Origin: Roseburia sp. AF12-17LB
Lineage (GTDB): Bacteria; Bacillota_I; Bacilli_A; RF39; UBA660
Assembly (NCBI GenBank): GCA_963607615.1
Contig: CAVDCT010000010.1
Coordinates: 133-64,132, forward strand
Reading direction: 5' to 3'
Length of the DNA stretch: 64,000 bases
The notes beneath the pieces are model-generated. The model had not been told where the DNA came from. It did not search any database and was given only the letters and a program-made list of their open reading frames with translations. This document shows, piece after piece, positions 10,200-19,027 of the stretch (the first letter of the stretch is position 1; each line of letters starts with the position of its first letter). The translations under genes were made by a program, and so were the position numbers.

Positions 10200-11345
10200 T
10201 CAGAAATAAAAACTGTAGGGTACAGTTTCTGAACTCCCCATATAAACAAATATATAATACCAATAAAATAGCAAATAACTAATTGTAAACAAAATATATA
10301 TATTTCTTTTTTTATTATTTTTCATCGTTTCGAGTAACAATGGAATAATTACAACAAAAAATATTGAAAAGATATAACTAATTCTTGAGGCTCTAATGTT
10401 TAAAGAAACAGCTTGACCAATTATAATAGATAAAATAAGTATAATAGAATAAAACTTAGAATTATCATACTTATTATTAAAACTTTGTCTATTAAATATA
10501 TATAATACAATCAATGGCAAGAGTTTAAAAAAAGAAAAATAAGAGAAACTATAGTTACCGTTAACATAGTTTGTATATTTATCAAAACCTACATAATCAA
10601 GAAATTTACTAAGAAAAGTAGGTTTAATTATTATAAAGGTAATTAATAAGGTCATTACTGCAAAAAGAATTTTCTTAAAATCGAATTTAACGCTTCCAAA
10701 TACAATTTTCAACCTATTTTTAGAAGCTAAATAAACAATTAAAATTAAAAAAGCTAATGCTGACGATTTGTGAAAAAGCATACTTATAAAAATATATAAT
10801 ACACATTTTTTGGTAGATGATTCCCTGTTAATCAAAAGACTCAAAGCATAAAATGAAATTGATATTCCTATAAATTGCCTCATAGCATTTAATGTTAAAT
10901 TAAAAAATATTAAATAATATATTAACATACATAACCAAATTTTATTATCCATATTTTTAAATTTTTTTAATCCTTTATACAATGGCAATAACATTAATAA
11001 CTCAATTGTAAATAAGAGAACATGAAAATTATTGAAAAGCTTTGCTATAAAATAAGTTAGAAAAAGATAGCCAATCTCAAAATCATTTACCATCTTATAA
11101 CTATATAAAGGATGTAATAGAAAATCAGAAAATGAATGGGAAGTTTTCGCAACAGTAAATAATGGTTTTGCATAAACCGTTACATCTGTCCCTATTTCAT
11201 CACCACGTAAGCCAGCTAATAAACATGGTAATAATATAGCTATTATTATTGTTAATTTATTCCAAAGTTTACTTTTACTCTTTGTAGAAATGTAAAACAA
11301 AAAACAAGATAGAGAAAAAGTAAAAATATATATGTACATATTCAT
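10200..11345 (-). CDS. EpsG-family polysaccharide polymerase (Wzy-like)
   Basis: 381 aa polytopic membrane protein in the EPS locus. The early LRGDEIGTDV motif is typical of the EpsG family. It ends on TGA. Confidence 0.65.
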   Translation of the reverse strand: MNMYIYIFTFSLSCFLFYISTKSKSKLWNKLTIIIAILLPCLLAGLRGDEIGTDVTVYAKPLFTVAKTSHSFSDFLLHPLYSYKMVNDFEIGYLFLTYFIAKLFNNFHVLLFTIELLMLLPLYKGLKKFKNMDNKIWLCMLIYYLIFFNLTLNAMRQFIGISISFYALSLLINRESSTKKCVLYIFISMLFHKSSALAFLILIVYLASKNRLKIVFGSVKFDFKKILFAVMTLLITFIIIKPTFLSKFLDYVGFDKYTNYVNGNYSFSYFSFFKLLPLIVLYIFNRQSFNNKYDNSKFYSIILILSIIIGQAVSLNIRASRISYIFSIFFVVIIPLLLETMKNNKKRNIYILFTISYLLFYWYYIFVYMGSSETVPYSFYF

Positions 11346-11351
11346 GCTCCT

Positions 11352-12335
11352 TTACTTTAACTTCAAATGAAATTTACGAATTATTGATAAAAGCGAAATA
11401 ATACTAATTTTCTTTTTGATTATTATTTTATATTTTATTTTCGATAAAACACTTAACCCACTCACATCTATATTCAAGCACTTCAATTTATCAATTATGC
11501 ATCTGAATTTTTCTGTTTTATCATTACATGTACAAATCTCCATACATCCAATAAAACATTTCTTTATCGTATCCTCATAGATTGTTAATAAATCGGTCAT
11601 TGTAAGTCCTAGTTTACTTTTTAGTTGTACTTTTTCATTATGTAATTTAACTATACTATTAATCATTTTAACCGTATTATTTTTCCATCTAGACGATGAT
11701 GTATCAAAGGTATATTCATATAAATATAAATTTTTATTTGTATAGTATATTACAGGGGTCACTTTTAACATATCTAAATTGAAGATTGCATCTTCACCGT
11801 GAATTATATTAGGATTAAATTCTATTTTATTTATTTCAATCATTTCTCTCTTTATTAATTTCGCACATGGAGAATAAAATTTACATTTAGTAACCAAACT
11901 CTTTAACACAAAATTAGAATCAATAATTCCCGCTTCTCTATCGATTGGTTTTACTATCATGTTCTTTTTTCTTCCAACTATTACTAAGTTGTATACAATA
12001 ATATCATAACTATCATTTAAATCTCTAATGTTAATTTTACTCGCATCTATTTTATCATCAGAGTCAATAAACATTACATATTTTCCACTAGATTTTCCAA
12101 CCCCTATATTTCTTGCAGTACTTACTCCAGAATTTTCTTGGAAATAGTACTTTATCTCATCACGATTAATATTTTGTATTAATTTAATATATTCATTGCT
12201 ATTCAACTTATCTGATCCATCATCTACTATTATTACCTCATATTTTAACCCCTTTAAATTCATAATGGAAAACAGGCAACGTTTGAAGCTTTCTATATTA
12301 GTATTGTATACTGGAATTATTATACTTAAATCCAT
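11352..12335 (-). CDS. Family 2 glycosyltransferase
   Basis: MDLSIIIPVYNT...YEVIIVDDGSD...FIDSDD (GT-A fold DxD). Confidence 0.85.
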   Translation of the reverse strand: MDLSIIIPVYNTNIESFKRCLFSIMNLKGLKYEVIIVDDGSDKLNSNEYIKLIQNINRDEIKYYFQENSGVSTARNIGVGKSSGKYVMFIDSDDKIDASKINIRDLNDSYDIIVYNLVIVGRKKNMIVKPIDREAGIIDSNFVLKSLVTKCKFYSPCAKLIKREMIEINKIEFNPNIIHGEDAIFNLDMLKVTPVIYYTNKNLYLYEYTFDTSSSRWKNNTVKMINSIVKLHNEKVQLKSKLGLTMTDLLTIYEDTIKKCFIGCMEICTCNDKTEKFRCIIDKLKCLNIDVSGLSVLSKIKYKIIIKKKISIISLLSIIRKFHLKLK

Positions 12336-12353
12336 ATTTTTCCCTTCTATAAT

Positions 12354-13589
12354 TTATTTTTCCTGTTTCAATAGCATTTTCGAAAACAATTCATAATTTC
12401 TCTTTGCTTCGAATTTTTCAGTCCATAATTTTCTTGTAGATATTCTTAGATTTTCGTATTCGGTACAATCCATCGAAATTATATCTTCTACTATTTGCAC
12501 CGCCTTTTTAATATTGAAATTTTTATCAATTAAAAAGCCACTAATGTTATTTCTGACAATCTCTCCTGTTCCACCTACATTTGTCGCTATTACAGGTATT
12601 CCAAAGCTTACAGCTTCCATAATTGATACTGGTAATCCTTCTGATGAACTCACATTTATAAATAAATCTACTGGAGTTTTCTGATAATATTCATACACAC
12701 AAGTATTAGGCATATAACCCAAAAAATCAAACTCTATATTGTTAACTAATTTCTCTGCAGCATATCTCTTAACTTTATCAATTAAAGCCCCATCGCCAAT
12801 ATGTGTCCATCTAATTTTCTTATCTACTCTGCAATTGCTTAATATATCAACAATTAATTCTACCCTTTTAATGTCACTTACTCTAGAACAAGAAACGATT
12901 CTAAAAATGTCATCTTCACTCTTTTTACCAAGCCCATGATCATATGTACCCAAATAAGATGTTTTTATTTTGTTAGAATAATTTGGGTACTTGTTTTTTA
13001 AATATTCTGTCCCATCATCAGAACAAGCGTATATACTATCTAAATTTTCCAGCAAATACTTCCTAGCTGGTAAAAATCTATTCTCCTCATATATATCAAA
13101 CCTATGGGCTCTAGAAATAGCACTACACTTCATACCTCTAGCTTCGAAATATTTCTTTAATTCAACACATACACCTGCTGTAATATATAACCAATAGCTA
13201 TAAACATAAATCTCATCATTCACATTAAATTTATTTTTTTCTATAATGGAAATTATTTTTTTTGATTGTTCTATTACCAAACGGCTAAAATATTTTTCCG
13301 TAATTTTTTCTTTAATTGATAATTTCTTATCGGCTTGAGATATTGGCTTTGAAAATATCGATGAAAATAATGAACCATATTTTCTTATTGAATATTCATT
13401 CGATTCAAATAATGTCGCCTCAACGTTCTTCGATTTTATTTTTCTTGTCATAGTTGAACCGATCTTTGGATCTGACGGAAAAATAAGTATTTTATCAAAA
13501 TATGGACTGATTTCATCTATTTCATTTTCTAAAAAGGCCTCTCCGCTTTTAAATGGAAATTTTTTATCTAAAAGAATTAAATATTTCAT
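12354..13589 (-). CDS. GT4-type (Glycos_transf_1) glycosyltransferase
   Basis: C-terminal ..SSSEGLPVSIMEAVSFGIPVIATNVGGTGEIV.. which carries the EX7E-type motif. Confidence 0.8.
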   Translation of the reverse strand: MKYLILLDKKFPFKSGEAFLENEIDEISPYFDKILIFPSDPKIGSTMTRKIKSKNVEATLFESNEYSIRKYGSLFSSIFSKPISQADKKLSIKEKITEKYFSRLVIEQSKKIISIIEKNKFNVNDEIYVYSYWLYITAGVCVELKKYFEARGMKCSAISRAHRFDIYEENRFLPARKYLLENLDSIYACSDDGTEYLKNKYPNYSNKIKTSYLGTYDHGLGKKSEDDIFRIVSCSRVSDIKRVELIVDILSNCRVDKKIRWTHIGDGALIDKVKRYAAEKLVNNIEFDFLGYMPNTCVYEYYQKTPVDLFINVSSSEGLPVSIMEAVSFGIPVIATNVGGTGEIVRNNISGFLIDKNFNIKKAVQIVEDIISMDCTEYENLRISTRKLWTEKFEAKRNYELFSKMLLKQEK

Positions 13590-13601
13590 TTTTTCACTTC
13601 C

Positions 13602-14441
13602 TTAATTAACTTTCTTAAATGGGAATACTTTTAGCATTTGATTCTTTTTCGCCTCTACCATTTGGTCAGTGATTTTATAATTATCATATACAAAATCCAA
13701 ACTCTTAATTTCGTCTTTTTTTGTATCAACATAAAAATGTTTCAAATTATATGCTGAATAATAATCATCGAATTTAAATCCATCTCCCAATAAATTATTT
13801 GTAACAACAATATGAATATTTGGTACTCTTAAACTATCTGCAATGATTAAGCCGTGTAAACTACTGGATATAATACATTTACACTCTGCAATTTTCTTTG
13901 TAACGTTATATGGTGTATCTTGGACATCTATTATGGTAGCATTTGGAAACTTGTTAAACAATTTTTGAAAAATAGGCTCATTTTTCTCCTTGAAATGTGC
14001 AATTATCCCAACATCATATTTTTTATCTGGAATATCGTCTAGAATATAGGATGCTAAAATTCCAGCATCTCCTAGTACAACATTGTCTAATTTTTTTCCT
14101 ATCAATTTTTCTATTCTTTTTTTACTTAATTCGCCTCTGACAGCACAAAAATTAATTTTTTTCTTATACAACGCTTCGTCTTTGTCTTTATAAGAAATAA
14201 ATCCTGTTCCCCAAATATTTACTTTTGGGGATAAAATTCCGGAGCAAACTTTCAATAATCTCTTTATTTTGCCACCTTCAAGTGTATAATTACCTAATCC
14301 ACTTCCTATACCACTGACTTCTCCAAATAAATATGAGCATCTTGTGATATCATATCCAAAGCATTTCTTTATAATATCTCTGTTTAAAATATCACCCATA
14401 TTCGGTACTTTTGCATAATAAACCTTTAATCTTTTCATCAT
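13602..14441 (-). CDS. Polysaccharide pyruvyl transferase family protein
   Basis: N-terminal ..NMGDILN.. and C-terminal ..IISSSLHGLIIADSLRVPN.. blocks typical of CsaB/WcaK-type pyruvyl transferases. Confidence 0.65.
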   Translation of the reverse strand: MMKRLKVYYAKVPNMGDILNRDIIKKCFGYDITRCSYLFGEVSGIGSGLGNYTLEGGKIKRLLKVCSGILSPKVNIWGTGFISYKDKDEALYKKKINFCAVRGELSKKRIEKLIGKKLDNVVLGDAGILASYILDDIPDKKYDVGIIAHFKEKNEPIFQKLFNKFPNATIIDVQDTPYNVTKKIAECKCIISSSLHGLIIADSLRVPNIHIVVTNNLLGDGFKFDDYYSAYNLKHFYVDTKKDEIKSLDFVYDNYKITDQMVEAKKNQMLKVFPFKKVN

Positions 14442-14920
14442 ATTACTCCTTCTATATATTGTTTTATATCATCTATTATCGTTTTTGTATTAGATACATA
14501 TTTATTATATTTCTTTTCACTTATATCTTTAATTGCCTGCTCTAATTCATCTATTTCATATACAGGCTCTATAAAATTTAATTCTTTAAATTCATCTATT
14601 AATTGTATTTGATGATCATCTACATGTTCGCCATATTTAGAAAGTCTTGGTATCGCTATTACTTTTTTATCATTCTTTAAAGCAGTTATAATAGCACCTG
14701 TACCAGCATGAGTAATAACAAAACTACATTCACTCATATGCTTTGTAAACTCATCTCTCGTTAAAAATTTTTGATATTTATGATTTTTGGGAACATAATC
14801 ACTTGCACCTGTTTGTGCAAAAACATCTTCTTTAATTACTCCCTTTTCAATTAATAAATCTATTTGTTCTAATAATCTATTAAATTGAAATTTTTGAGAT
14901 CCTACTGTAATAAATATCAT
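14438..14920 (-). CDS. PssE/Cps14G-type glycosyltransferase subunit (Alg13-like catalytic half)
   Basis: MIFITVGSQKFQFNRLL.. with ..VITHAGTGAI.. It is 160 aa and overlaps the upstream partner gene. Confidence 0.75.
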   Translation of the reverse strand: MIFITVGSQKFQFNRLLEQIDLLIEKGVIKEDVFAQTGASDYVPKNHKYQKFLTRDEFTKHMSECSFVITHAGTGAIITALKNDKKVIAIPRLSKYGEHVDDHQIQLIDEFKELNFIEPVYEIDELEQAIKDISEKKYNKYVSNTKTIIDDIKQYIEGVI

Positions 14921-15405
14921 TAGTATATACCCCCTAAATATATAGCATCAGGATAAAATTCTTTCATAGTTTCCCATTGAACATAAAATCTATCAGCTAT
15001 ATGTCTTTTATATATTAAATTACCTGTCATAGTAGGGCTATTTATTTTAGCAAATGATTCTATATATATAACTTTTCTTTTGAATATATGCCCGATAAAT
15101 AACATTGGTATAGCAGCAAGCACTCCTGTAGAAATGATAACATCAGGTTTCTCTTTAAAAAAGATAAATAATGATTTAAAAAATATACATATCATCTTAG
15201 GAAAAAATAATAGTTCTTTTCTATTTACCTGTGAAACATAATGATTAATTTTTTTATCTTTTTTGTTATATTTAGTTTTTTCAGTTGTAACAAAAACATC
15301 ATAATTTTCCTCTAATTTTTTTAGCATTAATAATTGCTCAAAATGTCCACCAGATGATGATATAAGGCAAATCTTCTTTTTTTTATTTTTCTTCACCAAT
15401 TCCAC
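14920..15405 (-). CDS. PssD/Cps14F-type glycosyltransferase subunit (Alg14-like membrane half)
   Basis: ..ICLISSSGGHFEQLL.. motif, an internal TM, and pairing with the Alg13-like ORF (stop and start share 14920). Confidence 0.75.
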   Translation of the reverse strand: MELVKKNKKKKICLISSSGGHFEQLLMLKKLEENYDVFVTTEKTKYNKKDKKINHYVSQVNRKELLFFPKMICIFFKSLFIFFKEKPDVIISTGVLAAIPMLFIGHIFKRKVIYIESFAKINSPTMTGNLIYKRHIADRFYVQWETMKEFYPDAIYLGGIY

Positions 15406-15497
15406 TCCTTAAAAAAAGATACATCAACATGTCCATTAGGGTACATATAATGTATCTTCTTAATGTTTTATTTAACCCCTATTAATTCTTTATTCTT

Positions 15498-16202
15498 TTA
15501 TTTTGACCCTTTATGTAGTAATACAACAACAAATGTTTTTAAGAAAATCTTAATATCTAACCATAAAGAACAGTTATTTGAATAATACTTCTCTAATTTT
15601 AGTCTTTCTTTAAATGTCGTATCACTTCGACCATTAACTTGCCAATAACCTGTAAGTCCTGGTTTAGTTTTGACTATACTTTTATAATAATATTTCATAT
15701 CATCTTTTTCTCTTGGTAAATATGGTCTATTTCCTATAAGCGACATATCCCCTTTTAATACATTAAATAATTGTGGTAATTCATCTATAGATGTTTTTCT
15801 AAGTATCTTACCAATCTTGGTAACTCGAGGATCATTTTCAAATTTTTTATTAATTTCATATTCTTTAGCTAATTCCTCATCAGTTTCTAATATTCTTTTT
15901 AATGCCTCATCAGCATTTGGTATCATTGATCTAAATTTATAAAATCTAAATAATTTCCCATTTTTACCAATTCTATCCTGTGACAAAAAGATTGGATAAA
16001 AATCCCCACTCAATAGATAAACTATTTTTACCACTAAGGCAATCGGTAATAAGAAAAGACAACCAACAAAAGAGAAACAAATATCGAATATTCTTTTAAT
16101 ACCTAAATACATCATCCCTGTTTTATGAACTGAAATCTTTTTCATGATATTCTTTTCTTTGACACCTACCCCTATACCATCTAATTGTGCTACCTCATTC
16201 AT
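15498..16202 (-). CDS. Priming sugar-phosphate transferase (bacterial sugar transferase family, WbaP/CpsE-like)
   Basis: ..KRIFDICFSFVG..FRFYKFRSM..DELPQLFNVLKGDMSLIGNRP.. It is the first gene of the EPS operon. Confidence 0.85.
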   Translation of the reverse strand: MNEVAQLDGIGVGVKEKNIMKKISVHKTGMMYLGIKRIFDICFSFVGCLFLLPIALVVKIVYLLSGDFYPIFLSQDRIGKNGKLFRFYKFRSMIPNADEALKRILETDEELAKEYEINKKFENDPRVTKIGKILRKTSIDELPQLFNVLKGDMSLIGNRPYLPREKDDMKYYYKSIVKTKPGLTGYWQVNGRSDTTFKERLKLEKYYSNNCSLWLDIKIFLKTFVVVLLHKGSK

Positions 16203-16573
16203 GTTTTCTACCCCTTTACTTAAAGTTAAATGTGGAATCTAAATAATAAATGCCACGTAAACAGGTCTTATATTACTACATTTTTTATAATTTTGCAAGT
16301 TGATTTATGCAATATTTAATATTTAGTATATTTTAATTAAAAAATATAGTTTGAACCTGTAAATATTCATTTTATAAATACAACTATTATAATATGATTT
16401 ATATATAATTTAGTTAATTAAATTTTTATAAATTATTTACTATACATAATAGCTTATGCTTTTTATATAAAATCTATTTTAATATATTTATAAAAAATAA
16501 CACCCCTCACTTATAAGTTTATATGTTATCATGCATTTGTTTGTGTGTTAATACATAAAAAAAGTTATTCAAA

Positions 16574-17347
16574 TCACTTTAAATAACTACTACCATCTTT
16601 ATAATTAATACTTATTCCTTCTTGTACATTATATACATATACATTGAATTTAATACCTTTACCATTATCTTCAACTGATAATGCTTCCATTAATACACCA
16701 CTAGCAACTAAATTATCACCTTTGTATTTAGGAGTTACTCTATACATAACATGATTCTTTGTTTTTTTTACATATTCTGCTACTTTATTTTCAAATTCTA
16801 ACATTCCTACTGTATTCATATATCTTGTACATGTTATTAAATTTTTTTTGTTAGCATTCTCACCCGTTAATTGATATCCAATTAAATGACATCTATTATA
16901 TAAATATTTACCATCAACAATATCATATTTTACAGTATGCCACCCAGATGGTTTAATCATACCTATTCCTTCTCTTTTAGTAGTAGGCATAGTTTTAATA
17001 CTCACATTAGCATACGCTACACCACATCGTCCTAAAGAATCTAAATTACTATATTTTTCAAATTCATTAGTTGTTATTTCATCATCATCAAAATATGGTT
17101 CATTATTATTTACAACAACATAAGCTTTATTGCTATACTCTGGTATATCTTTTAAATCATAAGAAGTTATATTACTATTAGTTATTTCACTTTCATTATT
17201 ATATTCATTAATACTACTTAAATAGTTATTAATATCATCTTTATATATAAGTGAAACATATATAATAAATAATCCTAATATAATAATTAAACCTGGACTT
17301 AATTTAATTTTAATATTAACATTTTTCTTACTTCTACGTCTACTCAT
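16574..17347 (-). CDS. Secreted/membrane-anchored DNA/RNA non-specific endonuclease (EndA/NucA-like)
   Basis: N-terminal TM anchor, ..DSLGRCGVAYA.. and ..YNRCHLIGYQLTGENANKKNLITCTRYMN.. It ends on TGA. Confidence 0.7.
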   Translation of the reverse strand: MSRRRSKKNVNIKIKLSPGLIIILGLFIIYVSLIYKDDINNYLSSINEYNNESEITNSNITSYDLKDIPEYSNKAYVVVNNNEPYFDDDEITTNEFEKYSNLDSLGRCGVAYANVSIKTMPTTKREGIGMIKPSGWHTVKYDIVDGKYLYNRCHLIGYQLTGENANKKNLITCTRYMNTVGMLEFENKVAEYVKKTKNHVMYRVTPKYKGDNLVASGVLMEALSVEDNGKGIKFNVYVYNVQEGISINYKDGSSYLK

Positions 17348-17379
17348 ATTCTAACTACTCCTATTATATATAGTATACC

Positions 17380-17412
17380 AAAAAAAGAATAGTCTGTACA
17401 CAAACTATTTCT
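17380..17412 (-). terminator. Intrinsic terminator after hisS
   Basis: Minus-strand AGAAATAGT-ttgtgtacag-ACTATTCT followed by TTTTTTT. Confidence 0.55.
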
Positions 17413-17497
17413 TACTAAATAAAATTATATATAAAAATTCTAATACTATATCACACTTTTGCAAGTGTATTTATGTTTTCTATCTCACTTGTGCATA

Positions 17498-18778
17498 TTA
17501 TATAATCTCTTCTATCATATTAATATTACAATTATCTATAATGTATTCTTTACTATTTTTCATATCTTTAAGTTTAAAACTATTTTGTAATACTTCATCT
17601 TCTCCTAAAATAATAACATAAGGTATTAATTCTTTATTAGCATAGTCTAAACTTTTCTTTAACTTTCTATTATTCATTTCTATATCTACTCTATAACCTA
17701 ATTCTCTTAATCTATTAGCAAGTATTAAACTTTCAATATTAGTATTCATAGGTATGATATAAATATCAATATTATTATTTATTACTTTATCTTTTAATAA
17801 TTCATATAATGATGATAATCCAAAACTTATACCAACAGCAGGATAATTAGTACCATCATCTATAAAGTCAGTAATCATTTTATCATATCTACCTCCTCCA
17901 CCAATACTACTAGTTATTTTATTATTAGTAGAATATACTTCAAATACATTACCAGTATAATAATCTTGTCCTCTAGCTAGTGTTGGAGTAAATACACAAT
18001 ACTTAGTTATATCTAATGCTTTAATATATTGTTCTAACTCATTTAATTCTTTTAATCCTTTTAATAATATTTCATTACTAGTATTACTAAATAAATTATT
18101 TAATTCATTAAGAGATAAAGTAAAATAATTCAATAATATATTAGATGTATCTATATTAACACCTATATCGAATAATAAATTTATTATCTCATCTTTAGTT
18201 AATTTTTCCAATTTATCTAAAATAGTTATTACTTTAGATACTAATGATTCTTCAATACCACATTCTAAAATTAATCCTTTCATTAAGTTACGACTATTAT
18301 ATTTAATAATAATTTCTATATTAAATTTATTAAAAGCATTAACATATAAACTTAATAGTTCTGCTTCAATCATTTGACCTTCTAATCCAACTACATCAAC
18401 ATCACATTGTGTAAATTCTCTATCTCTTCCTACTTTAATAGGACCATCTCTAAATACTTTAGCTATTTCATATCTTTTAAATGGGTATTTAATCTTATTT
18501 TTATTTAAAGCTATTAGTTTAGCAAATGGTACAGTTAGATCATATCTTAATCCTAATTGTCTACTTCCTTGATCTGTTAATTTATATATCTCTTTTAATA
18601 GATCGTTATTTTCATCATATTTATCACTCAAAATATCATAGTAACATAATATTGGAGTTTCAATTGGTTTATATCCATAATTTTCAAAAACTTCTTTTAA
18701 AGTATCATTTATATAATTTCTAACTTTTTGTTCTTTAGGTAAATAATCATATCCACCTTTAACATTTTGTATTTTCAT
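17498..18778 (-). CDS. hisS: Histidine--tRNA ligase
   Basis: MKIQNVKGGYDYLP..LRYDLTVPFAK..REFTQCDVDV.. The true start is ATG 18778, behind GAAGGA. The 21 extra codons of the track ORF run through the leader terminator. Confidence 0.9.
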   Translation of the reverse strand: MKIQNVKGGYDYLPKEQKVRNYINDTLKEVFENYGYKPIETPILCYYDILSDKYDENNDLLKEIYKLTDQGSRQLGLRYDLTVPFAKLIALNKNKIKYPFKRYEIAKVFRDGPIKVGRDREFTQCDVDVVGLEGQMIEAELLSLYVNAFNKFNIEIIIKYNSRNLMKGLILECGIEESLVSKVITILDKLEKLTKDEIINLLFDIGVNIDTSNILLNYFTLSLNELNNLFSNTSNEILLKGLKELNELEQYIKALDITKYCVFTPTLARGQDYYTGNVFEVYSTNNKITSSIGGGGRYDKMITDFIDDGTNYPAVGISFGLSSLYELLKDKVINNNIDIYIIPMNTNIESLILANRLRELGYRVDIEMNNRKLKKSLDYANKELIPYVIILGEDEVLQNSFKLKDMKNSKEYIIDNCNINMIEEII

Positions 18779-18797
18779 AATATTCCTTCTTTCTAAC

Positions 18798-18826
18798 AAA
18801 AAAACTATACATCTCCTGTATAGTTT
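18798..18826 (-). terminator. Leader (attenuator) terminator 20 nt upstream of the hisS start
   Basis: Minus-strand AAACTATACA-ggaga-TGTATAGTTT followed by TTTTTTT. Confidence 0.7.
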
Positions 18827-18882
18827 TACTTTTTTATTCATATACAGGCAAGCACCACAAATAGCACTTGCCCTACAACAAT

Positions 18883-18948
18883 TTAATGTCGTATTAACAA
18901 GTGCAGAATATTATGATGATGTCTGTTATTTATTATTTGCTTATTCAT
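18883..18948 (-). CDS. Candidate hisS leader peptide, 21 aa with 5 His (MNKQIINNRHHHNILHLLIRH)
   Basis: ATG 6 nt after AGAGGGA. The reading frame is ATG AAT AAG CAA ATA ATA AAT AAC AGA CAT CAT CAT AAT ATT CTG CAC TTG TTA ATA CGA CAT TAA. It lies between a promoter-like element and the leader terminator. Confidence 0.5.
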   Translation of the reverse strand: MNKQIINNRHHHNILHLLIRH

Positions 18949-18970
18949 AATAATCCCTCTTTCTAACTAA

Positions 18971-18999
18971 ATACTAACATAAATAAAATTATAAGTCAA
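18971..18999 (-). promoter_or_regulatory. Putative sigma-A-type promoter of the hisS leader
   Basis: Minus-strand TTGACT-N17-TAGTAT, immediately after the terminator of the upstream gene. Confidence 0.4.
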
Positions 19000-19027
19000 A
19001 TAGAAAAAATATAGACCGTAGTCTATA

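Noticed and set aside
17498-18841. N-terminally extended track ORFs (hisS 447 aa, aspS 599 aa, LCP 497 aa, RHH 102 aa, GT2 294 aa, prs-like 392 aa)
   Set aside because: The extensions run through terminators, repeats or the preceding gene. Internal starts with good Shine-Dalgarno sequences coincide with the conserved protein N-termini, so I used the shorter coordinates.
18841-18960. Canonical T-box riboswitch upstream of hisS
   Set aside because: This is the expected regulator for a Firmicute aaRS gene, and the leader contains CAU/CAC codons. However, I could not find the conserved T-box 14-mer (..GGGUGGUACCGCG..). The closest stretch is UUGUGGUGCUUGCC, whose UGGU would pair with an A73 discriminator rather than the usual C73 of tRNA-His. 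I also saw no clear stem I GA/K-turn or AGAGA elements. The RBS-preceded His-rich ORF explains the His codons better. This needs an Infernal scan to settle.
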